From Perna viridis (taxonomy: Eukaryota): a DNA stretch of 64,000 nucleotides. Position numbers and translations under genes: made by a program. Shown here in pieces: positions 24,119-36,426 of this stretch; the stretch's first letter is position 1; each line of letters starts with the position of its first letter. Location of the stretch: positions 16,554,001 through 16,618,000 of the forward strand of contig CM074511.1 in NCBI GenBank assembly GCA_037379345.1, read 5' to 3'. Below the pieces are notes generated by a model, which was not told the origin of the DNA, did no database searches, and was given only the letters and a program-made list of their open reading frames with translations.

Positions 24119-26505
24119 ATGGCAATGAACAGCAAATTCTTCTGGTTGTATTTCATGTGTACATTTGTTTCGGTGAGTATTGACTTATGTAAGAAACCAT
24201 TTGATAAAACTACGAGAGCAGCGTTTGTAAAATCAAAGTACGATAGTACTGTTAACTCGGTAATCAATCTAACGCAAGCAAATTACATTTACGTTTTATC
24301 ATTCATAATTTGGTTTAACTTAATTTAAAACAGAACTATTTATACTGGCACTTTATTCTTGTTTGTCTCTTTCTCTGTAAAATGCATAGTGATAATTCCT
24401 ACAAGGGTGTAATAATTATAGCTGACAACAAGTTGAGAATACTTATCATTTAGACTACATATACATGTACTTTATATAAGTTATCCTAATACAAGTATCA
24501 CGACAACCATTTCTTTATACAATAAGATAATAACAGGCAAGTTTGCAATGACGAGGTAATATACTTATAAATGATAGAACAAATAGAGTAAATGTCGTTT
24601 ACTTTCATATTAATATTTTGACAATACCATAATGTTGAACATTTATCAAAATATTCGATATAATATGCAAAATAATTTTATTTATTAATTTAATTACCAC
24701 CCGTGTTGTAACTGAGATCGAGTGGGTACGTAGGGTACATACAAGACACGCCATGCGAAGAGAGGTTGTTTTTAATCACAGTGTAAAGAATGTATTAGGA
24801 TGTTCATAGTTGAAAGAATTAATATTGAATGTGGGTATAGCATGCAAGGCACCAACCTTTTATTTTCACGAGTATCACAGTACATGTACCAAAATCAAAT
24901 CAAGGGAAGAAGACAAATTCATAATCTAGACGTTTTTTTCAGAGCATGTTGAAGACCTTAATGTGACCTCAGGTTGTATTTACTGTTTCAGATTTCAGTT
25001 GTTTTGCGTTTCACTACATTCGTCCCCCACTGCCTACATGTGTAAAATGGATAGATATTAGTTTATAGTGCATCATCTCCAGTTTTCCCATGGTAGAGCA
25101 TAAAACAAGAATAAGATATTTGTAACAAATGTTTTGTTAAAAAAAAGAATTGTCTTGAATCAATACAAAAAGCGATTATTTTTTTCTTCTGATTGTTAGG
25201 AGGTTCTAAATCTAGATATTGATAGGCTTTATTATGCATTTTCTTGATTACAATCGAAAAAAAGTACATTAAAATCGCTGTTTCAGCGTACAAACAAAAG
25301 AGAACTGCTGCACTGCACTCGAACAGTTTTCTTTCGATGGCGGTCAAAGTTTATATATAAGTATATAGTTATAATATCAACGTTAAGATGAAAATGACTT
25401 TGTCTTTGGATAATATTTGGTCGAAATTGACAGTCTTGCGACTTCCGATAAAGAAAATTCTAGAGAACATTATTTGTTAAATTATTTTGACCGAATTGCT
25501 TCTGTTTGATTTAAGAAAAAAATTCCTAAGAATTCTGAGAACAAAGTTTGCTCTTCTTATGCACCTGTATTGCCCATTCAGTTTTAGAGTTCCACTAAGG
25601 CGTATACTCTGCTATAATCTTTTGCACTCATATCGGCATTACATAGGAAAAAGAAATCCGCGATTTGACATGCAATTTTCGTCAAATATTTGTTAACATG
25701 ATCAAAGAAACGTCTATTACACGAACAAAAAATAAGTGGTTAATACATCTAAAAAATAATTGTGCCGTTGCGTTCCTGTGACATCATCGACTGGAAAAAT
25801 GAATTCGTGAAAAACATTCGTTTGTCCAACTCGGGATCACAGTGCTGAATAAAACAATAAACATATGATCAGAGTTTTAGAAAACCATTTGCTATATATC
25901 CATATGTCAAATATGCTCTTCCTGGGAAAAATACCCAACAATGTAACGGAATCTTTTCAATAAAGGTCATTGCCATTAGTGATCATTATTTGTTTACGAC
26001 TTTTATACCATCACAATAAATATAATGTATAAAATTCTATAAGGAACAGGTAGGAATAAACTTGCGCTATTGATCATAAGATGAACAGCACAGAACATAT
26101 TTTACCACCCTTTTTACACAAATTCAAATAAATCGCATTTGATTTAAATAAAAAAATGGCTCAAATTGTGTAAAAAACTTGTCTTACTATATTCAGGTCA
26201 TAAGTCAGCTACAGCAATGTAAGAATTCGTCAGAATGTGGACAAGATGAATGTTGTGTAGAAGAGGACCGTACAAGGCGGTTTTTATTTGAAAGGTCATC
26301 CGGATTCTGCCGCCCCGGTCGAGGTCAAGGTCAAGCCTGTCATGTTTACATGCAACACTCCCTTGGTAACCCAGACATGTATCTTAATTATTGCCCTTGC
26401 GTCGATGGTCTTGTATGCGGGGGAATGTCGGTAGACGGTAAAGTACATCATAACCCAATCTGTATGCCTAGTGATGGAACCACTACATTACCAACTACTG
26501 CATAA
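24119..26505 (+). CDS. Secreted 10-Cys prokineticin/colipase-fold peptide, paralog 2 (120 aa; exons 24119-24172, 26197-26505)
   Basis: Exon 1 MAMNSKFFWLYFMCTFVS|gtgagt splices in phase 0 to attcag|VISQLQQCKNSSECGQDECCVEEDRTRRFLFERSSGFCRPGRGQGQACHVYMQHSLGNPDMYLNYCPCVDGLVCGGMSVDGKVHHNPICMPSDGTTTLPTTA*. It has the same Cys framework as paralog 1. AATAAA lies at about 26531. Confidence 0.88.
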
Positions 26506-26707
26506 GACTAACATATATCTCCCAAGCAACAATAAAGTGATTTTACCTTTTTATCTCTCATTTTGATGAAGTGTTATAATATAGTCGTTCATCTTATCAA
26601 TGAACTGCGATTAAGTACCAGACCTATGAACTCTACATACAGGAAAATCGGTCACATTGATTGTTTCTAGAATTCACACTACGCCAAAATGTCCTATGGA
26701 TCTGGCA

Positions 26708-27024
26708 CCCATGCTTGCAGTTTTGTTTTGAAGGATGCCAGGTTGCCCATTTTTGGTTTCGATACATGTATGTCTTTCATTGTTTCTACTTCTTGACTTT
26801 TGATTTTTCGGACGTCGCTCAGACCGCTGACTTCATTTCGCACAGGATATAAGGAGAATTTAAAACCCATGCTTGCAGTTTTGTTTTGAAGGATGCCAGG
26901 TTGCCCATTTTTGGTTTCGATACATGTATGCCTTTCATTGTTTCTACTTCTTGACTTTTGATTTTTCGGACGTCGCTCAGACCGCTGCCTTCATTTCGCA
27001 CAGGATACAAGGAGAATTTAAAAC
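26708..27024. repeat. Tandem duplication, 158-bp unit x2
   Basis: cccatgcttgcagttttgttttgaaggatgcc...ggagaatttaaaa begins at 26708 and 26866, with only a few substitutions. Confidence 0.95.
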
Positions 27025-27699
27025 TTCAAGGCATCGGCGAATCATGGATTAGCGGCAAACGAAGTTGAATTGTAGACCGAGCTGATGTCGTTACTTTCAA
27101 TCACATGCCACTAAACATTTCAGTTTTAATCACAGAGGCATGTCTATAAACCCTTTCGACTGCGGGACAGTTGATTCATATGTATGAGCTAAACTTTCCC
27201 GAAGTAGGGCTTGGGTAAAACAAAATAATTGTCTGCACGAAAGTGTATATAATTGAACATCCTCACCGACCACCCTGTAATTAGTACAGAAGGGTCGCTA
27301 TTTTTAATATAATCACTCTTTTCACATCCAGGATAGCAGAGCTAATACACTAGTGGGTTATAAAGTGATCATTAAGTTTACGGGAGATTATTTACCGTCA
27401 CGACCAGGGAAGATTTTTCATTAGATACGAAATTGTTTTTGTGTTATCACCCATTTCCGGTCACACTTTAACTCATGTAAAAAACACACCGACTAATTTT
27501 GGGGTAATGTCAGAAAGATTTCCAATAGCACCACATATTTTACCAAAATTGTCATCATTTACATAATTGCCAATGTAGTACAAAGATACGAGTACAAATG
27601 ATATTGATCGGATTATATGTTGTTCCTGATCTAATCTGATCATTTCAGTCATTGAAAGATATTTGCTAAACCCAACGGTTTGGGAGATAATTATATACA

Positions 27700-28069
27700 A
27701 AAATGTACTGACTGACCCCTATGTTCTATTTTTAGTAACAACCGCCCTTTTCTCATCAATCTTAAATCCAAACGGTAATTTTGTTCAGGATACCATAAAA
27801 ACAAAAATACCAACTTTCATTGAATTCTGTATATTAGTTTCTGAGTAGAAGATTTTTGAAAGTAATAACATAAATAAAAAAGCAGATCAAAAATACAAAC
27901 GGGAATTTTGTGCAGGATACTCTAAGAAACAATTCTTTTAAGCTTCAAATCCATTTTCAGTAGTTTCAGAGGAGAAGATGCTTGATGAAATTGTTAACGA
28001 CGAAGACCACGACGACGGACGCCAAGCGATAGCAATAACTCACATGGCCTACGGTCATGTGAGCTAAAA
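27700..28069 (+). mobile_element. Non-autonomous Helentron/HINE (pearl-like) element
   Basis: Two degenerate core repeats (aattttgt..caggatac...tagtttc.gag..agaagat), a GAC-rich tract, and a terminal hairpin ctcacatggcc-tac-ggtcatgtgag (28039-28063) followed by ctaaaa. A similar GAC microsatellite lies at 28295-28328. Confidence 0.65.
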
Positions 28070-28687
28070 CAAAACACTTCAAAATCGGACCAGAAAACAA
28101 AAAAAAAAGAGATGAATTTTGTGGGCGCTGTCGAGTTTCGTACCTTAACTCGAAAACAGTTGAGGATAAGTCTAAAAAAAACTTTCCAGAAATAATAGAA
28201 CCCCGCCATGTCTTATGAACGATATGTTAAAATTCCAAAAAGTACTGACAAGGTTTACCCAAGTTGTCGTAAATAAACGAAAGTTAACAGACGCAAACAA
28301 CGACAACGACGACGACGACGACGACGACTACAGTATGATACAATTATACGTCATAACAAATTTGCAATTGTATAAAATAAGAACAAATATTCATGGGATA
28401 TTTTCCAAAAATGTTAAATTTAGATTTTTTTCGGTAGAGTAGAAATAGATACATCACTCTTTTTCGAAAGTGACCTAAAAGTATTAACTGCAATGGGTAC
28501 GCGCATATAATCATTTCTGAATTTACATTTTTTTTCACGTTTGATGAAGATGATTTACAAAGCTGAAATATAACTTCTATGATTTACTAATACCTTTATT
28601 GCATTAATTAATTGAATATTTGCATTATACAAATACAGAATGCAAAGACAAAAATTCTGCTTACAAAGGCAGGATTTATTCATATTA

Positions 28688-30696
28688 TCAATTGCTTTCC
28701 ATGCTTTGACATTTTGGGTTGATATGTTGAATACTTCCAGGGGTTTCGTGCACCGTCTCCCCTCGGCATTCAAGTTGTTTCTCACACGGACAATGGGTCT
28801 CGTACAGCTCATGGTTAAAAATATCGTGTGTCAGAATAGGCGAACATGTTTCATTCTAAAAAGAATAACGAAGATAAAACCTGGGTTGTTTCGAAAAAAA
28901 GAAAGATAAAGCAAAAATGTCTTTTGTTAATACTCACGAAATAATACTACTAAACTGTGTTATGCAGTCAGACAGTTTATATTATTTGTGCAATCCTAAA
29001 CTTGCTTGACAAGACAGCATGTTTTTGATGATCAGAAAAAAAAAACAGGATCGTAGAAATATTAACGGAATATTCTTTGTTTACATATTAATATGCAGTA
29101 CTTGTGTCAATGCCAAACCGACTTAGTGATGTCACGAGGTAATCGGAAGCTATCGGTAAAATTCAAAGTTTGCGTATGATCAACACTATCTATTCCTTTA
29201 AATACAAGAGTTCTGTAAGATGACTATTCACGTACATCTCAAAGATTTCGAATTTTGGCATAGCTTTATGCTTTTTGCAAAAGCGCATTATTTTACATTT
29301 AACATTATTTATTTTGGTAACGTGTATGATTTTCCATAAGAGACTAAGGCCTTTCTCTTTAACCATATGTTCGCTAATTTACAATTGCTATATTTTTGCA
29401 GATAAGTCGTACCGCATAATTCGTATTTTACCGTGAGAGAAGCATTAACTGTCCGTTGTTATGACATTATTTTAGGCTCTGGCTATGAGGGACGGAAGTG
29501 CATTTGACTTTGTTGATAATAGACCGTTATTTTGTCATATTGCTAATGTCTCGACCAACGGGTATCGGAATTACGTTTTCATGCATGTACAGTACAAGCG
29601 AGACTGGGTGGGTTGTATTAGCTGAAATTTCTTTGATGCTCTTTGGGAGTTTAAGATCAATAAACAATTCAGAAAATTTCACTCCATCCTCACCAAAAAT
29701 TGTTAAACACATACATAAAAATCTGGAATACAGGCATGTTCTACACTTCTAGTCATTAGACATTTTTAAGATGCTCTATTTTGCAAATGATTAAAAGGTA
29801 CATACCATTTGTCTGTAAAACTGACAATGTCCGACATGGTGGAATAAAAATCTTTTGCGCCCCAGGAGACCACCATCGAACAATGAGTGTACACAGCACT
29901 GTCCTTGTGGACAGTCACTCTGGTGGGAGCATGATGGACTCTGGGCCTGAAGTTGAATGAAAAATAATGATAAGCTTTCAGATGATACCCAGTTTGCATA
30001 TGCTGGCTATATCACAAAAAATATACAAGTCACCCTAGGAACTTTGAGGACTACTTTCAGGCATGTGGAAGGGACTGGTTTCCCTTAATAGTGGTATTTT
30101 ACCTTAAGGTTGCTTTTAAATGTACAAAAATTTTGTGTACACTGAAAAAAAAACAGGTGCCAATCGGAAGTGTTCATATTGTGTATGACTTGAAAGTCCG
30201 TCCGATGAAGGAAACAATATCCGGACGCCTTTATTTTCGTTTTTCTCCAAAAATAACCCAAACTGATTAAATTAATCATAAATAAAGATGACAAATGACT
30301 GGGTTATCGACGCATGCAGACACAATCTTCGGCAAATAAAAATATTTCGAAATCGAGTGTTTTTACCCACATTCGGCAATATGGACCCCTGTTTGCAGTA
30401 ATTATTGTTCCAATGTAATGCATAGATGAACTACAAAAAAGGTTTTGATGTCAAAATAAGCAATCATTTAACCAAAAATGTTGAGAATATACTGATTTGG
30501 CTAATAAACTTTCAGGACCGACTTTGATCATAATCGAACATAACCCTCATCAAATTGAAAGTTATTTCAACCTCGTTCTGTCTGCATAACAAAGGTAATT
30601 CGAGTATTGAACTATGGTGAAATAGATTGAATAGAAAGTTGGTGTTCTTACCACTACAGCTACTACAACACACAACAGAACAACACAGAATTTCAT
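28688..30696 (-). CDS. Secreted 10-Cys prokineticin/colipase-fold peptide, paralog 3 (117 aa; exons 30696-30652, 29946-29806, 28855-28688)
   Basis: MKFCVVLLCVVVAVV|gtaaga ... cttcag|AQSPSCSHQSDCPQGQCCVHSLFDGGLLGRKRFLFHHVGHCQFYRQM|gtatgt ... ttttag|NETCSPILTHDIFNHELYETHCPCEKQLECRGETVHETPGSIQHINPKCQSMESN*. All junctions are phase 0, the Cys framework matches paralogs 1 and 2, and AATAAA follows 7 nt after the stop. The ORF track shows exons 2 and 3 in the wrong frames. Confidence 0.9.
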
Positions 30697-30824
30697 ATTA
30701 AGTTTAATAGTTCTGTGAGATATTGCCAGATGTTGTCCCAGATCAGTTAAATGCATTATCTACTGTCTACAAAGATTTGAAATTTTAAAATGGATACGTA
30801 ATATCGTCCTATGTTGCACTTAAT

Positions 30825-31270
30825 CTTTATACGACCGCAATAAAATGTGTAGGTCTACCTATAATGGTATTACACTGTCGTCGTCGATCGGCGTCAGTAT
30901 TCACGTTAACTTGATTCAAACTTATCAGATCTCTTTGAAATTTTAACAAATTGGTACTAGGGACATGGCAAAGGGTCCAAACGGTTTTGGAGATTTTTGC
31001 TTATCCCCTCAGAAAATGAAAAGCTAAACATGGTTAAAATAGATGCTGTATTATTGATAGAAATACTTTTTTACAGAATAGACTTAACAATATTCATTAA
31101 CCAACTTACTACAATATGTATAAAAATGCCCATCCTTTATGAACCGAAAATTCCGACAACTGGTCATTTCGAAGCGTAAATTCATTCAGCCGGTCATTAC
31201 GAAATCACAGCCACGCATTACGAATTTTTAAACGGGGCATCAATGCGGGACTATTCTATCAACATGGCGT
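30825..31270. mobile_element. HINE-like non-autonomous element (related copy at about 58112-58400)
   Basis: Begins tttatacgaccgcaa...ggtctacctataatggtatt...gtcgtcgtc. The same start, tttatatgacc...tggtcgtgtaatggtat...gtcgtcgtc, occurs at about 58112. Confidence 0.45.
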
Positions 31271-31654
31271 ACATTTCTTACAATAAGTGACAGCTTTAAT
31301 AAAGAGTGGCCTAATAATTCAACTAATCAGATAAGAAGATTTAAAGTTTCTGAAAGATGGTACTGAGACTGAGTATATATTGAATTATTAGGTATGTTTA
31401 ATCTTGTACTATAATTTGCGTTTTTTGGAGGGTTTAATTGAAAAGACAATAAAACCTTCATTATTTATTTTCATAAATATTTGATTCATCGAGATATGAA
31501 CATATTTAAAATAATGGTGAAATAATATGTTTTAATAAAAGACTCTGACTATGTCCTGAATAAAAAGTCAGTTAATAAAAGCATCAATGCATGGCCTTTT
31601 CACTACGGAAAAGGCCATATAATAATACTATAGTCTTTACCCTTTTTGGAATTA

Positions 31655-33200
31655 TTAAGGTATGAAACTGGACCACGCCTCAAAAATCAACTTTTTAAAA
31701 CAAATTTTGGCCCAGTGTGAAGCTAGCCGTCAATATCAGCCCACACGGAAGCTAGCCGTTAATGATATTCATGAATATTCATAAGATTGGGGTGCGTTCA
31801 AACATTTTTTTTAAACTGAAATACGCGAATCGATTTTGCTATTCTTAATATTTTGCGTGCAGAAAATAAGAATAATGATAGAATACGTCTAAGTCTGTAT
31901 ACTAAGGCAGACTTTAATTTTTAATGATGTTATGAAATATAAAAAAAAAATGAGTTAAGTGTTATAAACTAAGGTATCAAATACGCAATGGGGTCGATCC
32001 AGGATTTCAAGTTAGGGGCGTAAATAGAACGCTAAGTAAGAAAATTATGTTGGTTAGAATTTTTAAAAAGTTAAGATTTCAGACAAAAAAAAATACAAAT
32101 TTTAGGGGAGTGTGGCCATTATGAATCAACGCCCGTGCAGTTACTTTTTCAACATGTACACGTGCATTGTAGAATTATCTTCTAATCCTAAGAATTAGAC
32201 TGTTATTATACTAATAATACAATATCTAATATCTTATTAGTTTTAATGGTAATAATAAAAAAAAACTTTGACCCTGGGAACTATGATAATTTCGCTTATT
32301 GTCTTCCTTGAAAGTCATTTTCCTAACAGAAAAAAAAACTATATCATTATTACTAAACTTTAAAATTTCTTAAAAAACTATAAAATTAGTTCCTATTAAA
32401 GACGTAGGCATGTTATTGCAAGGTTTACAAATCTATTTCTCTTTGAACTTTCCCCACGGGTTTAAAATAGGAGAAAGCGTAAATAATACCAACGTTGTGA
32501 AAGGTTTTAGGTGTTATCTGAATAGAAAATAAGTCTAATAAATACAATTTATGAAATAAAACGTTACATGTACTTGTTACATAAATGACAGATCTTTGAC
32601 TTCAATAATATGAGGCATATAAAATTGCATGGTAACTATTTAAATACGTAGACTATTCAAGATACTTTCCAGCGCTATCAATAGCATTTCAAACTTTCCG
32701 TTACACATGTATTGATAGCAAAGGAAGAGATTTTGACAAAAGATACAAATTTGCTACCAAAATAACTCCTTGTAGTATCTTGTTGAAATCTCGTGCAAGA
32801 CGAATAAAATGTGTAGCTTTTTTCAATTCCTTTTTTTAAATACAAACCTGTATATATTTTCTCACAGTCAAAATAATGGATTGGTTCATTCTGATATTTA
32901 CATTTATTCAAATTCAATTTATACAGAGGGCTTCTTTAGGATTTGACACCTGGGTCCCTACTAGGGCTAAGCCTCCATATACTGGTACCTATAATGCAAC
33001 CAAAGATATATGTACCTCGCCCCGTTTTGTAAAAAGAAGTAAGATCTAGTAGTGCTTCTGAAAAAAAAACGTCGAAAATAAAATAATGAACCAAATTCGA
33101 AGGGGACCAAGGTCTATCAGTCCGTTAGTCCATCTTGGGACTGAGATTTTAAGCATACTTAATGACTATCAATTCCCAAAATATTTTGAATTTCCATATA
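31655..33200 (+). repeat. Diverged, interrupted third copy of the 9889-11140 repeat family
   Basis: Contains gaagctagccgtcaat..cagccc.cacggaagctagccgttaat (31719-31763) and gggaccaaggtc...ttagtccatcttgggactgagatttt (33103-33150) in the same order and orientation as the 9889-11140 copy. Confidence 0.6.
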
Positions 33201-33364
33201 TTCCTTTTCCTTTAGACAATTTTAATAAAAAGCTTGATTGATCACAGCATGATACAACCGCTGTGCTTACATAAGTGGTAAGGGGGGCCCTTTGTAAAAA
33301 ATTTCTCAACGACAGGGGAAGATACGGAAATTCCCAATATTTTGGGAATCGATAGTCCTTAAGT

Positions 33365-34507
33365 AGGCCTAAAATCTCACCCCAGTCCCAAGATGGACTA
33401 AGGGACCTTGGTCCCAGCCACCCACCTAGAATTTGATTCAGAAATGACCGTTTTTTTTAGAACTTTTGGAGTTGTTTTAATCGGATTTATAATTACTTCT
33501 TTTAGGTTTACGTAAGAGAGTGAAATCTTATTGATTTTTGTGATATTTTTTTTCTTTCGTTTAGTTTTTTTTTATTCATACTGCTGTTTAGTTGTCTGTA
33601 TTATTTCTGATAAAGCTGCGCAACGAATTAGAGAAGGTCAACTTTATTTTTAAATAATATGTAGTTTTAAATAGGGATTTTATTCGAGGTTACTGCGCGG
33701 GTAAAGATAATACCAAACCTCAGTTTTCGAATCTGTATTTAATTAGGATAATGTCGTAACAATAGATTTTTATTTCTCCATGTAAAGACTATGTTGTTGA
33801 ATGAAAAACTTTTCATTAAAAAAAAACTCAGTACCATTACAATGGTAACTTATAATTGTTTATTGAACTCGAAGTTAAGAACATAATCAGACGTGAATCA
33901 CTCTTGAAGCTCCAAATATCCACAAGGATGTGTGGATTATTGTGAGGAATTTACATTATCTAAATATCTTTGTAAGACATTCGTTTGTTATCTTAAATGA
34001 ATCATCAAATGAATTAATTTACAAGTTACCGCTTTCTACATGTATATCTAATTTTATTGTGTGCATCAAAACAAGTCCTCGATGTGGTCTGATCTAGTCT
34101 GGTTAAAAAAACTCGGAAAATTAAGAAAATACCGGAAAGATTTTTGCGATTTCTTAACTACCGCACAAGTGATTAATACATCTCACACGGACAATATAAA
34201 GCACTAATACAATTTACATGTACATTGTACATACTTCTTTTTTCGGAAAACCATCTAGAACCCCCTTTTTCAAAATTTCTGGACCCGGTCCCGCCATTGA
34301 TAGGACTATTGAAGACAAAAAAAAATATAACAATATTTAGGAAAATCGACTTATTTTTATTCATATTTAACGTATTCATTATATGAATAACGTAATTCAA
34401 ATCTTGATCGCACCACTCATGAATATTATTGACGGCTAAGTTATTGACGGCTAGCTTCCTTGCGGGCTTGTAATTGACGACTAGATTCACTTTAATAAAT
34501 TTTGGTC
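33365..34507 (-). repeat. Inverted copy of the 9889-11140 repeat
   Basis: Reverse-complement match over about 1.1 kb. It carries a ~145-bp insertion (~34050-34195) and lacks the segment equivalent to ~10150-10360. Confidence 0.9.
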
Positions 34508-36426
34508 CGAATTTGATTTTTTTTTCATCGCAAAAATCCCGCCTGCGTTTTTCATTCAGATTACATATATATTACGGTTTTCTAATTTTTAAGGGGGCAA
34601 AGTGGGCCGCATCCAGAAAATTCAACTTTTTACATTTGTGGTCCGATTTCGAATTTCGTTTTATTAGATCCCTCTTGAAAATCCCTGTTTGTGTCTCCAA
34701 TCAGATTTCAGATATCTCTTACCATATTTGGGTTTTAATGAAACGAAGTCATGATCCTTGATGAACACCTATAAAACAGATTGTGCATAATATTGTTCCA
34801 AAAAAGTTGTAGTTTCTACTATGAGCTATAAGTGGTAACGCGTAAACAAATTAATGTTGTGTCATATGCCCCAAGTGAACACAATTCAATGTGCTGCGGT
34901 CGTATCATGTTGCGATCGATGAAGATTATTTTATAATTAGAAGCAATTTTTTTTTTGTAATACCATTTGTTTATATTGATCAATTTAAAACTAGATATAT
35001 TTAAGTTCATTAAAGTTTTATAAGAAAAATGTCATAATTTTCATCAGAATGTGCATTATCTATACTACTAAAGAAAGAGACCAATTTCTTGGAGCCGCAA
35101 CTCCCTTAAAACCATACAAGGTCGAATATATTTGTGATATGAGGTATAAATGTAGTGTTGTGTACTTCCTAAATTTGTCTTTGAAACAATCTTTTTTCTA
35201 CGGAAAACGCGTAAAATATCCAAAATTCGAAGACCGTCATTGGTCCGTATGCTCAATCGACCTATTGCCCGGATCATGTGTACATGTGTTACGCGAGTAT
35301 CTAAAGTTCATTATTTTGCTTAATTAAACGACATCCACCATTTTTCTGGGGTGCAAAACTGTCCAGACATGGAAAGGCGTAGAACGTGCCAAAATAAACC
35401 TTCCCCCTTCTATGTGTAAACATCTGCGTCCAAAGTCCGGACCCCTCCCACTTTTTATGTGTATACTGGCATGACTGGTAAACCCCTACCCATTGTTTTG
35501 AGTAAATTATGAACTTATTATGCACCTTTTAACTGGGTGGAGCAGAACTTTCAGAAAATTAAAGGGTGTTCAACCCGACTCCCCTTTCCTCTCACCTACA
35601 CCTCCCCCAAAAAGAACAAAAAAAAATGACTGGATCATCAATCACCCATTAAAAATTACGAGCGAACAATTCCCAGTTTTGGGGTTGATCACATATTTGT
35701 ATATACATATAAAAGGTTGGTTATGGAGTGAATGTGCGTCTGAGAAAACTTTCGATACATTGAAAATAACCGATATCAATGAACAGGGCTTTAATGCCTC
35801 TTCTGCGTCTTGATGTTGTATAAGGGTCTTTAAACCAGACCAAGGAGGCCCCCTATAGCGTGCACATAAGCGAATTTCCTGATAACATAAAAATCAAAAA
35901 TAGAAAAAAAATTGCTCAAAAAGAAAACCAAGTCCCCCTGAAAAGTTAATGGTCAACTCCTCTTAAACCACTTAAGCAATTCGAACAAAACTGTACACCA
36001 TCGATGTATGGTTGATGATCGAAGATCCTTACAACGATTACTCATTTTGTATGGATCCGTCAAATTAGTACTGTGTCCACACTTTGCTCAATCGACAGCG
36101 CGTATATAGTATCTTTATACATTATCGCTTTCCCTTTGCGGCAGTACCATTTGATATACTTTGCAATTTTCTCGAAATTGTTCTTTCGATAGTTATCCTA
36201 TTGTAACGGCGTGGTTATTAACTTCTGTCGCATATTTTGTCATTCATTTATATAATAACTAGCATGTTTCGAGAACGGATATTTGAAATGATTATTGATT
36301 GTATTAGGAAATCACGTGACTATGTTGCCAGACGACAACCTCCTGGCTGCTAGAAGGATGCTGTTATCGATCGTTTGATGGTGGGAATCTATTAAAGCAA
36401 TGTGATTTGAAATTCATTTTTTCATC

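Noticed and set aside
29766-29999. ORF-track proteins 29766-29999 and 28555-28812
   Set aside because: They are wrong-frame readings of exons 2 and 3 of peptide paralog 3.
19974-30696. Naming the peptides as true prokineticins (PROK/AVIT) or Dickkopf
   Set aside because: There is no AVIT N-terminus and no second Dkk domain, so only the Cys framework is supported.
32928-33006. tRNA gene on the minus strand (weak A/B-box resemblance)
   Set aside because: No cloverleaf can be formed. At most it is a decayed tRNA-derived SINE head.
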